From Bacteroidales bacterium (GTDB lineage Bacteria; Bacteroidota; Bacteroidia; Bacteroidales; FEN-979), in contig JAUXWT010000049.1 in NCBI GenBank assembly GCA_030681475.1, forward strand, positions 7,991 to 71,990: a stretch of DNA of 64,000 nt. Direction: 5' to 3'. The translations under genes and the position numbers were made by a program. The notes beneath the pieces are model-generated. The model worked only from the letters and a program-made list of their open reading frames with translations. It was not told the DNA's origin and searched no databases. This document shows, one piece after another, positions 47,056-56,766 of this stretch. Within the stretch, counting starts at the first letter, position 1, and every line of letters starts with the position of its first letter.

Positions 47056-47063
47056 TATATTTG
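47056..47063 (+). promoter_or_regulatory. -7 box TATATTTG
   Basis: Exact TAnnTTTG match, 75 nt upstream of the ATG at 47138. Confidence 0.35.
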
Positions 47064-47137
47064 TATAATAATACACTGTTTCATCTCAGGAACAGATTAT
47101 TTCAATTAATAATTTTAACCAGATAAGGAGAACGAAT

Positions 47138-47448
47138 ATGAAATACATCATGAAAGTAAATATACCGGTCGAAAAAGGGAATGTAGCCTTAAAGGACCCA
47201 CAATTTGGACAAAAAATGAAAGCGTTGCTCTCGAAATTAAGGCAGAAGCAGCTTATTTTACGACCATGTGCGGCGAAAGAGGCGCCCATATCATTGTAAA
47301 CATTGATGATCCCTCTCAAATCCCCGCCATCTCGGAACCGTTTTTTTTATGGCTGAATGCTGGGATCACTTTTCTACCAGTGATGGAGTTAAAGGATCTC
47401 GAGAAAGCCGGTCCGGCAATCGGCGCAGCCGTATCGAAATGGGGATAG
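47138..47448 (+). pseudogene. Small conserved hypothetical (~103 aa if repaired) interrupted by a 1-nt frameshift near 47232
   Basis: Frame A (47138-47233) reads MKYIMKVNIPVEKGNVALKDPQFGQKMKALLS. Frame B (from 47233) reads EIKAEAAYFTTMCGERGAHIIVNIDDPSQIPAISEPFFLWLNAGITFLPVMELKDLEKAGPAIGAAVSKWG. Joined, they read as one continuous protein resembling a small family I recall but cannot name. AAGGAG lies 7 nt upstream of the ATG. Confidence 0.5.
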
Positions 47449-47455
47449 GATAAGA

Positions 47456-49324
47456 TCATTTCCGTTCGCTGAGTTCCATCCAGCGTTCGGTGCGTGCATC
47501 AATTTCGGGCATGATCGCGGCCCAGCGCTCAGATCGTTGCTTTAACACTTCAGTATCCAGGCTGCCGGACTGGAGATCATGCTCGATTTTCAGTTTTTCC
47601 TTCTCCAGCATCGCGATCTCTTTCTCTAGAGTTTCAAGATCACGTTTCTCCTTGAATGACAGCTTGTTGGTTGGAGGCGCCACTGGCTTTTGCGCTTCGC
47701 TGTTCCGTACGGCTATGCGTTTTACCAGTTGCTCCTTTCTTTTTCGCTCATCCAGCCATTCCTTGTATTGCGTATAGTTTCCGGGGAAATCCCTGATAAC
47801 GCCATCTCCCTCAAAGACAAACAGGTGATCAACGATCTTGTCGAGAAAATACCGGTCGTGGGTAACTACCACCACACAGCCATTGAATGAGGCCAGATAC
47901 TCCTCTAGTACATTGAGCGTAAGGATGTCGAGGTCGTTGGTTGGTTCGTCAAGGATCAGGAAATTGGGACTTCGCATAAGTACCGTCACAAGGTACAACC
48001 TTCGCTTCTCTCCCCCACTCAGCTTGTAAACCTGCTGAAAATGTGAAGGGTATGGAAACATAAAATAGTTGAGGAAGGCAGCAGCGGTGATGGTATCGCC
48101 GTTTCCCAATTTAACCACTTCGGCGATTTCCTTTACCACGTCGATGACCTTGGTATCCTCATTGAAAACCAGCCCCTGTTGCTTGTAATAACCATACCGG
48201 ATCGTCTCGCCGGTTTGTATATGACCTTTTTGCGGCCGGATCTTTCCGGTGATGACATCAAGAAATGTTGATTTGCCGGATCCATTTTTCCCAACGATAC
48301 CAACCTTTTCCCTGCGTTTGAAGGTGTAAGTGAATCCCTTTAGAATGGCCAGTTCACCCCAGCTGAACGAAACATCGTTGATCTCAAGGATCTTATTACC
48401 CATGCGGGCCCCTTCAATGTTAAGGTTCATTCGCTCTTCATATACTTTTTGCGAAGCCGTTTCCTGCAATTCATAAAAACTATCGATCCGGGCTTTGGCC
48501 TTGGTGGTACGCGCTTTAGGCATGCGACGCATCCATTCCTGCTCGGTGCGCATGAGGTTTTGTGCCCTTTCAACCTCTTTATTCTGGTTATCAATGCGTT
48601 CGGCCTGCTTTTCAATAAAATAGGAATAATTTCCCCGGTACCTGTAAACGGCTGCATTTTCCATCTCAAGCACCTCGTCGCACACCCTGTCGAGGAAATA
48701 CCTGTCATGGGTCACCATCAGCAGGGTGAGACTGGTTTTCGACAAGTACTCTTCCAGCCATTCGATCATCTCAACATCCAGGTGGTTGGTAGGTTCGTCG
48801 AGGATAAGGAAAGCGGGTTCGGTGATGAGAACCTTGGCCAGCGCCACTCTTTTACGCTGACCCCCGGAGAGTTCTTTGATGTGCTGGTCAAGATCGGGCA
48901 GCCTGAGCTGTGTCAGGATCTGCTTCACCCGTGTTTCATACTCCCATCCCTGGATGGCATCCATCTGTTCGATGGCATGTTGGATCTCCTCTTTGTCGTC
49001 GCCCTTGATCACATGCTCATAGTTCAGAATAGTTTTCTGAATATCATTGGAATGAGAATATACCTCCTCAAACACGGTGTTGGAAGGTTTAAGGTCGGGT
49101 TCCTGCCTGAGATATTCAATTGAATCGGGGCAAAATAGGTTGACGGTTCCGTCATCGCAGGGTTCGAGTCCCGCAATGATGTTCAGCAGACTGGTTTTCC
49201 CGGCACCGTTCCTGGCAATAAGGGCTACTTTTTGAGATTGGCTCAGAACAAATGAAATATTTTCAAACAAATTCTTTTCACCATATGAACGGGCCAGATT
49301 TTCAACTTGAAGAATTGTCGACAT
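47456..49324 (-). CDS. ABC-F family ATPase (Uup/YbiT-like, no TM domain)
   Basis: 622 aa with two ABC cassettes (Walker A GRNGAGKTS and GKNGSGKST; signatures LSGGQRKR and LSGGEKRR) and a C-terminal coiled coil. Confidence 0.9.
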   Translation of the reverse strand: MSTILQVENLARSYGEKNLFENISFVLSQSQKVALIARNGAGKTSLLNIIAGLEPCDDGTVNLFCPDSIEYLRQEPDLKPSNTVFEEVYSHSNDIQKTILNYEHVIKGDDKEEIQHAIEQMDAIQGWEYETRVKQILTQLRLPDLDQHIKELSGGQRKRVALAKVLITEPAFLILDEPTNHLDVEMIEWLEEYLSKTSLTLLMVTHDRYFLDRVCDEVLEMENAAVYRYRGNYSYFIEKQAERIDNQNKEVERAQNLMRTEQEWMRRMPKARTTKAKARIDSFYELQETASQKVYEERMNLNIEGARMGNKILEINDVSFSWGELAILKGFTYTFKRREKVGIVGKNGSGKSTFLDVITGKIRPQKGHIQTGETIRYGYYKQQGLVFNEDTKVIDVVKEIAEVVKLGNGDTITAAAFLNYFMFPYPSHFQQVYKLSGGEKRRLYLVTVLMRSPNFLILDEPTNDLDILTLNVLEEYLASFNGCVVVVTHDRYFLDKIVDHLFVFEGDGVIRDFPGNYTQYKEWLDERKRKEQLVKRIAVRNSEAQKPVAPPTNKLSFKEKRDLETLEKEIAMLEKEKLKIEHDLQSGSLDTEVLKQRSERWAAIMPEIDARTERWMELSERK

Positions 49325-49343
49325 GCATGAAATAAGTGATTGG

Positions 49344-49351
49344 CAAAGGTA
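49344..49351 (-). promoter_or_regulatory. -7 box TACCTTTG (minus strand)
   Basis: Exact TAnnTTTG match, 20 nt upstream of the ABC-F ATG (49324). Confidence 0.45.
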
Positions 49352-49426
49352 GTCAATATCGACATGAAAAATATGTCCTCAAAGATCAATGGAAAACAGA
49401 AATTTATCTAAATTTACCAAAAAAAA

Positions 49427-49990
49427 ATGCCGCTCCACAGTTACTTTGCATTGACAGCATTTTCTTTTCTGTTGATGTTTTTCACCTTTCAATACCTCAG
49501 GTTGAAACATTCCGGGTCTGATGTTATTGGAATTCCAACTATTGAAAAACTACATTTCTATTCAGGCAAAATTGCAATTATTACATCATGGACACTGTTT
49601 GTTTTAAAAGCCATCAGTCCGGGACTTGGATATGTTAATATTCCCACTGGTCTTTCATGGGTGGCCGTCGGATTGCTCTATTTTGGCGTGATCATCCTCA
49701 CCATGGCATTATTGAAGCTTGGGAAATCGCTTAGAGTCGGGTTGCCCGGCAAAGGAACAAAGTTGTGTACCACTGGGATTTATCGCATAAGCCGCAACCC
49801 TATATACCTTGGAGTCCATATCATCGCGGTGGCCTCGTGTATCTATTTTCCTGATTTGATTAATGTTACGTTCACTATTTATGGTATTTTCATGCATCAC
49901 AGGATCATCAAACAGGAGGAACGCTTTCTGGCAGAACGATTTGGCACTGACTGGTTGATTTACAGTGCAAAAGTGAGCAGATATGTTTAA
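49427..49990 (+). CDS. Isoprenylcysteine carboxyl / phospholipid methyltransferase-family membrane protein
   Basis: 187 aa with TM segments plus RNPIYLG...HHRIIKQEERFLAERFG, typical of the ICMT/PEMT family. Confidence 0.7.
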   Translation: MPLHSYFALTAFSFLLMFFTFQYLRLKHSGSDVIGIPTIEKLHFYSGKIAIITSWTLFVLKAISPGLGYVNIPTGLSWVAVGLLYFGVIILTMALLKLGKSLRVGLPGKGTKLCTTGIYRISRNPIYLGVHIIAVASCIYFPDLINVTFTIYGIFMHHRIIKQEERFLAERFGTDWLIYSAKVSRYV

Positions 49991-50321
49991 AAGTTTCGGA
50001 TTTGCGGTCAAAGGGCTAAAGCTGGCAATAAGCAGCCAGCAAAATTTCCGGATTCATGTCCTGGTGGCTGTCCTTGTAGTTGCAGCCGGAATATTTGCAA
50101 GGTTAAGCGCCGGCGAATGGTGCATCATCATGATAACCATATCTATGGTACTTGCCATGGAGGCGGTGAATACGGCCATCGAAAAGTTGGTGGATTTTGT
50201 GTCACCAGGATTTCATGAGCAGGCCGGAACGGTTAAGGATATTTCTGCCGGTGCAGTCCTGATCACTGCAATCGGCGCGGTAATTGTCGGACTTGTAATT
50301 TTTTTGCCGAAGATGGTGTAA
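49983..50321 (+). CDS. dgkA: Diacylglycerol/undecaprenol kinase
   Basis: 112 aa with three TM segments, NFRIH and EAVNTAIEKLVD motifs. Confidence 0.85.
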   Translation: MFKSFGFAVKGLKLAISSQQNFRIHVLVAVLVVAAGIFARLSAGEWCIIMITISMVLAMEAVNTAIEKLVDFVSPGFHEQAGTVKDISAGAVLITAIGAVIVGLVIFLPKMV

Positions 50322-50328
50322 TAAGACC

Positions 50329-50349
50329 CCACCCTGAATCCCACCCCAA
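50329..50349 (-). repeat. C-run tract CCCCACCCTGAATCCCACCCC (G-run tract on the minus strand), related to the arms of the 46357 element
   Basis: Read directly from the sequence. AATCCCACCCCAAC (50339-50352) compares with AATCTACCCACCCCCAACC at 46357. Confidence 0.6.
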
Positions 50350-50433
50350 CAAGGGTAGGACTTTTGAGACACCCTCTCTGGGGGATAGGGTAATAAAACA
50401 TAATGCAATTGTAGAAACCTTAATAACGACAAA

Positions 50434-52524
50434 ATGAAAAATCTATTCCTATTACTGTCAATGGCCCTGATTGCCGGGCTATATTCTTGCAAGCCGGCTG
50501 AGAAGAAAAGTGAAGATGCTCCGTTGATTGAAAAACAGGCCATTACGCTAAACAGCGACCTGATGACCCCTGAAGTGCTGTGGAGTTTCGGCAGGTTGAG
50601 TGAACCTGAGCTATCGCCGGATAAACAGACAATTGTTTATGGAGTAACTTATTATGACGTCGCTCAGAACAAAGGCAACCGTGAATTGTACACGATCGGA
50701 ACCGACGGACAAAATCCCAAACGGATCACCTCGACAAAATTCAGCGAATACCAGGCGATGTGGACCCCGGATGGAAAAAAGATCGTGTTCATGTCGGCGG
50801 AAAGTGGTTCCATGCAAATATGGGAAATGAGTCCGGACGGAAAGAACCGGAAGCAGGTGACCGACATCGAAAACGGCATCAATGGTTTTAAATATGCACC
50901 GGATATGACGAAGGTGCTTTTTACCGCTGAAGTTCAACAAGAAAAACAACACCAGGATCTATATGCCGGCCTTCCGAAGGCAACAGGTAGGATTTATAAT
51001 GACCTGATGTACCGTCACTGGGATACATGGGTTCAGTCATACAGCCATATTTTTATTGCTGATCTTACCTCCGTAAAGATTACCGGCGGAACCGATATCA
51101 TGGTGAATGAACCATACGAATCCCCTCTGATGCCATTCGGAGGCATGGAGCAGATCAACTGGAGTCCCGACAGTAAAATTATAGCATACACCTGCCGTAA
51201 GAAAAAGGGCGTAGAATATGCTAAGTCAACCAATTCTGACATTTTTCTTTATGAACCGGAAGGAGCAAAAACCACCAATATCACCGAAGGGATGATGGGG
51301 TATGATGTTGCTCCGGTATTTTCGCCCGATGGAAAAAAGATCGCCTGGCAAAGCATGGAACGTGATGGATATGAATCGGATAAAAACCGTCTGTTTGTCT
51401 ATGATATTGAATCAAAGACAAAAACGGATTTTACCCGGGATTTTGATCAGAATGCTGAAAGCCCTGCCTGGGCTGATGATAACAAATCTGTCTATTTCAT
51501 CAGTGATTATCACGCAACTGATGAGATCTACCGGCTTGACATTTCTGACGGGAAGATCACTAAGATCACAGAAGGGATTCATAATTATACCGGTGTAATC
51601 CCTGCAGGCGACCGGTTGATTGCCACCCGCATGTCAATGTCGATGCCTGTTGAACTTTATTCGGTCGATCCGGTTACCGGGAAAGATACGCAGATCACCA
51701 CAACCAATAAGGATATTTTAGACCAACTTGCCATAGCACGCGTTGAACAGCGGTGGATCAAGACCACTGATAACAAGGACATGCATTCGTGGATCATCTA
51801 TCCGCCCCATTTTGATCCGGCGAAAAAATACCCGACCCTTCTTTTCTGTGAAGGGGGGCCACAAAGCACAGTCAGTCAGTTCTGGTCGTATCGTTGGAAC
51901 TTTCAGATGATGGCTGCCAACGGATATATTATCGTGGCGCCGAACCGCAGGGGTTTACCCGGGTTCGGACAGGCATGGAACGAACAGATCAGCGGTGATT
52001 ATGGCGGACAGAATATGCTGGATTACCTCAGCGCCATTGATGCCATGACCAAAGAGCCTTACGTGAACAAGGATAAGCTTGGTTGCATCGGGGCCAGCTA
52101 TGGCGGATTCTCGGTGTACTGGCTTGCCGGCAACCATAACAAGCGATTCAAAGCGTTCATCTCACATGATGGCATGTTCAACCTTGAAGCGCAGTATCTC
52201 GAAACCGAAGAGATGTGGTTTGTCAATTGGGATCTTGGCGGGCCTTTCTGGGATAAAAACAATAAAGTTGCCCAGCGGTCATATGCCAGTTCACCGCACC
52301 GGTTTGTACAAAACTGGGACACCCCAATCCTTTGCATCCATGGAGAAAACGACTACCGGATTGTTGCCACACAGGGGATGCAGGCATTCAATGCCGCTAT
52401 TTTGAGAGGCATCCCTGCCGAGCTGCTATATTTCCCGGATGAGAACCACTGGGTACTGAAACCGCAAAACGGGATCCTGTGGCAACGCACTTTCTTTAAC
52501 TGGCTGGATAGGTGGTTGAAGTAA
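50434..52524 (+). CDS. S9-family serine peptidase (beta-propeller + prolyl-oligopeptidase/DPP domain), lipoprotein
   Basis: 696 aa with lipobox AGLYSC and TolB-like WSPDG repeats. It has the nucleophile elbow GASYGG and C-terminal D/H residues (GENDYR, ENHW). Confidence 0.85.
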   Translation: MKNLFLLLSMALIAGLYSCKPAEKKSEDAPLIEKQAITLNSDLMTPEVLWSFGRLSEPELSPDKQTIVYGVTYYDVAQNKGNRELYTIGTDGQNPKRITSTKFSEYQAMWTPDGKKIVFMSAESGSMQIWEMSPDGKNRKQVTDIENGINGFKYAPDMTKVLFTAEVQQEKQHQDLYAGLPKATGRIYNDLMYRHWDTWVQSYSHIFIADLTSVKITGGTDIMVNEPYESPLMPFGGMEQINWSPDSKIIAYTCRKKKGVEYAKSTNSDIFLYEPEGAKTTNITEGMMGYDVAPVFSPDGKKIAWQSMERDGYESDKNRLFVYDIESKTKTDFTRDFDQNAESPAWADDNKSVYFISDYHATDEIYRLDISDGKITKITEGIHNYTGVIPAGDRLIATRMSMSMPVELYSVDPVTGKDTQITTTNKDILDQLAIARVEQRWIKTTDNKDMHSWIIYPPHFDPAKKYPTLLFCEGGPQSTVSQFWSYRWNFQMMAANGYIIVAPNRRGLPGFGQAWNEQISGDYGGQNMLDYLSAIDAMTKEPYVNKDKLGCIGASYGGFSVYWLAGNHNKRFKAFISHDGMFNLEAQYLETEEMWFVNWDLGGPFWDKNNKVAQRSYASSPHRFVQNWDTPILCIHGENDYRIVATQGMQAFNAAILRGIPAELLYFPDENHWVLKPQNGILWQRTFFNWLDRWLK

Positions 52525-53300
52525 TGACTTCTGATTCTATAATAACCGCCACGCTGGCCCTAAAACGATCAAGATTCACTACCGCTTTCACCGGAGCAGG
52601 AATCTCCGTTGAAAGCGGGATCCCTTCATTCCGCGGAAGCGATGGTTTATGGGAGCGGTATGACCCTCGAGCGCTCGATCTGCATTATTTCATGAGAGAT
52701 CCCGCAGAATCATGGATCGTGATCAAGGAGATCTTTTATGATTTCTTCGGCAGGGCAAAACCCAATGCCGCGCACCGTGTCCTGGCCAGGATGGAAAAAG
52801 AAGGGATGCTGGGAAGGACCATCACTCAGAATATTGATAACCTTCATCAGGCAGCCGGGTCGGTCATCATCTCGGAATTCCATGGCAATTCACAAAAACT
52901 AAGGTGTATTCAATGTTATCAGGAATACCATGCCAGGGAGATCAACCTTGACCAATTACCTCCCACTTGCGCGAAATGTAGTGGAGTTCTTAAACCCGAT
53001 TTTGTCTTTTTCGGTGAGGCCATTCCGCAACTACCACTGTCAGAGGCCTATGAGGCAGCCTCGTTGTCGGATGTTTTCCTGATCATCGGGACCACCGGAG
53101 AGGTAATGCCTGCCAACCAGATACCTGTTATGGCCAAAGAATATGGGGCAACCATCATCGAAGTCAACCCTGAACCATCAAATTATACGGAAAGGATTAC
53201 TGATATTTACTTGCAGGGAAGGGCAACAGAAGTGATGCAAAAACTTGAAACACTGTTATTTTCCCCTGCCCTGGATGATAATAAGGATGGTGTAGATTAA
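52524..53300 (+). CDS. cobB: NAD-dependent protein deacylase (Sir2 family)
   Basis: It has GAGISVESGIPSFRG, TQNIDNLH and a Zn ribbon (CIQC...CAKC). The ATG at 52524 overlaps the upstream stop (TAATG). Confidence 0.88.
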   Translation: MTSDSIITATLALKRSRFTTAFTGAGISVESGIPSFRGSDGLWERYDPRALDLHYFMRDPAESWIVIKEIFYDFFGRAKPNAAHRVLARMEKEGMLGRTITQNIDNLHQAAGSVIISEFHGNSQKLRCIQCYQEYHAREINLDQLPPTCAKCSGVLKPDFVFFGEAIPQLPLSEAYEAASLSDVFLIIGTTGEVMPANQIPVMAKEYGATIIEVNPEPSNYTERITDIYLQGRATEVMQKLETLLFSPALDDNKDGVD

Positions 53301-54701
53301 GATTTTAAAATCCATCGCGAGCGACATATTCTCGATGTAGAGAATATCAAATTTCAAGCGCTCCACCATTTGGTCCAGATTTTCGGCATAGCCGTATTTA
53401 ACCTGTCCCCATGAGGTAATTCCGGGTTTGACTTTATGCAGCAGCCTGTAATGAGGCGCCCGCTGCGTGATGAGGTCAATATAATACTGGCGTTCGGGCC
53501 TGGGGCCTACAAGGCTCATGTCACCCTTGAGAACAGTAAAAAATTGAGGAATCTCATCAACCCTGAATTGGCGGAGAAATTTTCCGAAGCGGGTGATCCG
53601 GGGATCATTTTTTGATGACAACTGAGGTCCGCTCTCTTCTGCATCCCGGTACATGGTCCTGAATTTGTGCATGGTGAAAGGCTTTCCTTTAATACCGATC
53701 CGTTCCTGCGAAAAGAAAACAGGGCCCGGTGAGGTAACCTTAATGATGATGGCTGTAATGATCATTACCGGTGAAAGGATGATCAGACAGATGATCGAGA
53801 TCACAAGGTCAAGGATACGTTTCAGCGACATTTGCCAGTCGGGCATCAGGTCGGGGTAAATCTGAATGAGCGGAGCATGGAAAATGGAAGTTGTCTTGAC
53901 CGAACCCATAAGAATGTCCTGCATGGCCGGAATAATTTTTATCACCACATCTGTATCTTCAAGCTGGGTGATAATATTTTCAATTGTATGGTTTTCTGAG
54001 TGTTCGATCGCAATGATAACCTCCTCGATGTTCAATTCCTTCGCCAACCTGTTCAAATCCTGCAGGCCGCCAAGGTGGGGGATGGACTCTGCAAGCTTAT
54101 AGGCGCTGTATCCTTCGACATTGATGAAGCCGACAAATTTATTTCCGGATGATTTCTCCTGGTTTTCAATCTCATGGTAAATAGATACGGCATTCCCGTT
54201 GCTACCGATGATTATCGTGTTGAACCCGATGATTTTATGATGGATCTTATATGCAGCACGTGAAGTAAGGAAGAACCGGGCAGCGCCGGTAAAAAAGAGA
54301 TGAAGGGTAAAGAGGATGAAAAAGAATTCAACATAAGTATGCTTATTGTTGATAATGTCATCGAGGATCAGGGTAAAGAACAGGATGGTAACCCCGATAA
54401 AGGTGATCAGGATGGTTTGTGCAAATTCACGGAGCCTGGCTTTTCTGAATATCTTGCGGTAAGTTCCGATAAGCGTATAAAGGATCAGCCAGAATATCGG
54501 GATAATGGTAAGGCCGTAATAAAGTTTTTCATCGAGCAGGACGTCATTGAGATGGCTGAATACCTGATGATCAACAGCATATTTCCGGTAAATGAAAAAT
54601 AAAGTCCAGGCGATGAAAGCCGTAAAAAAATCGGTAACAATATATTTGATAACCTGTAACCGTTTATTCATATTTTCCTTGTTCTGGTTGTATCCGGCCA
54701 T
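53256..54701 (-). CDS. Polyprenyl-phosphate sugar phosphotransferase (WbaP/exopolysaccharide initiating type)
   Basis: 481 aa with N-terminal TM segments and a central Rossmann-like region. The C-terminal bacterial sugar-transferase domain carries SPGPVFFSQERIG, DEIPQF, GDMSLVGPRP and KPGITSWGQV. Confidence 0.85.
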   Translation of the reverse strand: MAGYNQNKENMNKRLQVIKYIVTDFFTAFIAWTLFFIYRKYAVDHQVFSHLNDVLLDEKLYYGLTIIPIFWLILYTLIGTYRKIFRKARLREFAQTILITFIGVTILFFTLILDDIINNKHTYVEFFFILFTLHLFFTGAARFFLTSRAAYKIHHKIIGFNTIIIGSNGNAVSIYHEIENQEKSSGNKFVGFINVEGYSAYKLAESIPHLGGLQDLNRLAKELNIEEVIIAIEHSENHTIENIITQLEDTDVVIKIIPAMQDILMGSVKTTSIFHAPLIQIYPDLMPDWQMSLKRILDLVISIICLIILSPVMIITAIIIKVTSPGPVFFSQERIGIKGKPFTMHKFRTMYRDAEESGPQLSSKNDPRITRFGKFLRQFRVDEIPQFFTVLKGDMSLVGPRPERQYYIDLITQRAPHYRLLHKVKPGITSWGQVKYGYAENLDQMVERLKFDILYIENMSLAMDFKILIYTILIIIQGRGK

Positions 54702-54705
54702 TTAT

Positions 54706-55626
54706 TTACTTCGATTTCCGCGTTACCACCTTGAAATTATCGAACAGGATCCTTGATTGATTCAATCCGGTATCTTTAAGTGCCCGGAAATATACACGGT
54801 AGGAACTCATTCCGTTATACGCGTTCAGTGTGGTCGTTAGATCGATATATATTTTTTTCCACTGACCATTCGTAGGGTTCAGGGTGACTACGGGTGTTTG
54901 ATACAGGAGTGTGGTTCCATAGGTAAAAAGACCCACGGTTAAGGGATTGGATGTGTTGAAATCCATCTCAAGAAAAACTGCTGCAAAAGGGATCGAATAT
55001 TCCGTATGTGTCTGACATTCAAAATAATCATGCAGTGAATCCAGCACGACCATCCCGGAATGGCTTCCTTCAAAAGTAAGCGCCGATCCTGCAGATGTAC
55101 GCTGGATGTAAGCTGTACTTCCACTCGTCGTGTCAAGCGACTGCGCCACATCCTCGAAATCCTCTTTCCACACAAAAATCGTTGTTGTCTGATAGGTTGT
55201 ACCCAAAACACCGGTACGGGTTGTACTGTCAGGCACAAAATCTACCTCCCGGGTAATCGGATTATAGAATTCATAACCAACGCGTGTCGCTGCTATGCCA
55301 TTTTTCTTTATCCCGGGCCATATTCTCAGTTTGTGTTTTCCGGATTTTAATACAGGCAGCCGGGAAGGCAGTTCATAAACGCCAAGAAATTCATCATCCA
55401 CATATACCCATGCATCGGTGATCCGCTGTGAAGATGTTCCATGCAGATAATAATCGGTGCTGAGGTAGATGGAATCTATACTAAGATATGCAGGAATGGT
55501 TTGATCGCCGGAAAATTTTTCACAGGAAGATGTAGTGACAAACAGGATGCATAACAAACAGAAATAGCGTAGAGATCTCCTGAAAATCATATTGTCATAA
55601 TAGGTTGAAATCACTGATTCCTGCAA
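54706..55626 (-). CDS. Hypothetical lipoprotein
   Basis: 306 aa with a lipobox (VTTSSC). The likely start is MIFRR at 55590. I do not recognise the family. Confidence 0.45.
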   Translation of the reverse strand: MQESVISTYYDNMIFRRSLRYFCLLCILFVTTSSCEKFSGDQTIPAYLSIDSIYLSTDYYLHGTSSQRITDAWVYVDDEFLGVYELPSRLPVLKSGKHKLRIWPGIKKNGIAATRVGYEFYNPITREVDFVPDSTTRTGVLGTTYQTTTIFVWKEDFEDVAQSLDTTSGSTAYIQRTSAGSALTFEGSHSGMVVLDSLHDYFECQTHTEYSIPFAAVFLEMDFNTSNPLTVGLFTYGTTLLYQTPVVTLNPTNGQWKKIYIDLTTTLNAYNGMSSYRVYFRALKDTGLNQSRILFDNFKVVTRKSK

Positions 55627-55699
55627 TGGATAACGGTTGGATTTTACTGATATTGTTCAGTTGTAAACAAAAGTAATGAACAGCCAGTCAAATTAATTT

Positions 55700-56686
55700 T
55701 CAGGCTATATTTACCGCGTTCGAATTGATCTTTTCAATGATCTTGTAGGCTACCTCCAGCGCGCTGTACCCATCATTGATCGTGACCATGGGAATGGTGT
55801 TGTTTGTTATGGCAGCATGAAAACTCTCAAGTTCCGCTCTGATGGCGTTCAATGGTTTTATTTCAGGTTTATCAAAATTGATCTGTTTCGTACCACGACC
55901 CGGTCCGAGTTCCAGAATAAATCCAACAGGGGGAGAATCGCTATTCACATCGTTGATCTTTACAACTTCGAGTTCCTTTTTCAGGAAATCCACAGAAATG
56001 TAAGCATCCCTTTGAAAAAACCTGGATTTCCGCATATTCTTTAATGAGATACGGCTTGCCGTGAGGTTTGCTACACAACCGTTATCGAACTCGATCCGCG
56101 CATTGGCGATATCCGGTGTATCTGATACAACTGCCACCCCGCTGGCGCTGATTTTTTTTATATTGCTCTTCACCACGCTCAACACGATGTCAATGTCATG
56201 GATCATCAGGTCGAGGATAACGGGAACATCGGTTCCCCGCGGGTTGAATTGTGCCAGCCGGTGACTTTCAATGAACATGGGGCGGTCGAAAGTTGCCTCG
56301 GCTGCCAGAAAGGCAGGGTTGAACCGTTCAACATGACCGACCTGCACTTTCACATTGGCCTCATGGGCGATTTTCATCAATTCGCGGGCCTCATCCAAAC
56401 TGGTAACAATCGGTTTTTCAATAAATACATGCCGACACTTTTTCAGCGCCTTGGCTGCGCACTCAAAATGGGAAATTGTAGGAGTAACAATATCAACAAC
56501 ATCAACAGCATCAATCAGGTCATCTAATGAACTCCATTTTTTAATACCATATTCCTGTTCCGTTTTTTCAGCGTTGGTTTCATCCGGATCGTAAAATCCA
56601 ACCAGGTCAAAATCAGGGATCTCTTTGATACATTTCAGGTGAATCTTTCCAAGATGCCCGGCTCCCAGTACTCCGATTTTCAGCAT
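55700..56686 (-). CDS. Gfo/Idh/MocA-family NAD(P) oxidoreductase
   Basis: MLKIGVLGAGHLGKIH forms a Rossmann start, followed by EKP. The ATG at 56686 is preferred because the ORF-track start at 56794 would run through the divergent promoter region. Confidence 0.85.
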   Translation of the reverse strand: MLKIGVLGAGHLGKIHLKCIKEIPDFDLVGFYDPDETNAEKTEQEYGIKKWSSLDDLIDAVDVVDIVTPTISHFECAAKALKKCRHVFIEKPIVTSLDEARELMKIAHEANVKVQVGHVERFNPAFLAAEATFDRPMFIESHRLAQFNPRGTDVPVILDLMIHDIDIVLSVVKSNIKKISASGVAVVSDTPDIANARIEFDNGCVANLTASRISLKNMRKSRFFQRDAYISVDFLKKELEVVKINDVNSDSPPVGFILELGPGRGTKQINFDKPEIKPLNAIRAELESFHAAITNNTIPMVTINDGYSALEVAYKIIEKINSNAVNIA

Positions 56687-56701
56687 TTTATTTTTTTTTT
56701 G

Positions 56702-56709
56702 CAAAGGTA
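56702..56709 (-). promoter_or_regulatory. -7 box TACCTTTG (minus strand)
   Basis: Exact TAnnTTTG match, 16 nt upstream of the ATG at 56686. Confidence 0.5.
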
Positions 56710-56766
56710 GGTTTTTACCCTGAGTGAATTTAGTATTTTCGTGAAAAATTAAACAAAGCAAAGCAC

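Noticed and set aside
53256-53300. 45-bp convergent overlap between the cobB and sugar-transferase 3' ends
   Set aside because: Both C-termini look plausible, and tail-to-tail overlaps of this size occur naturally. I see no evidence of a special function.
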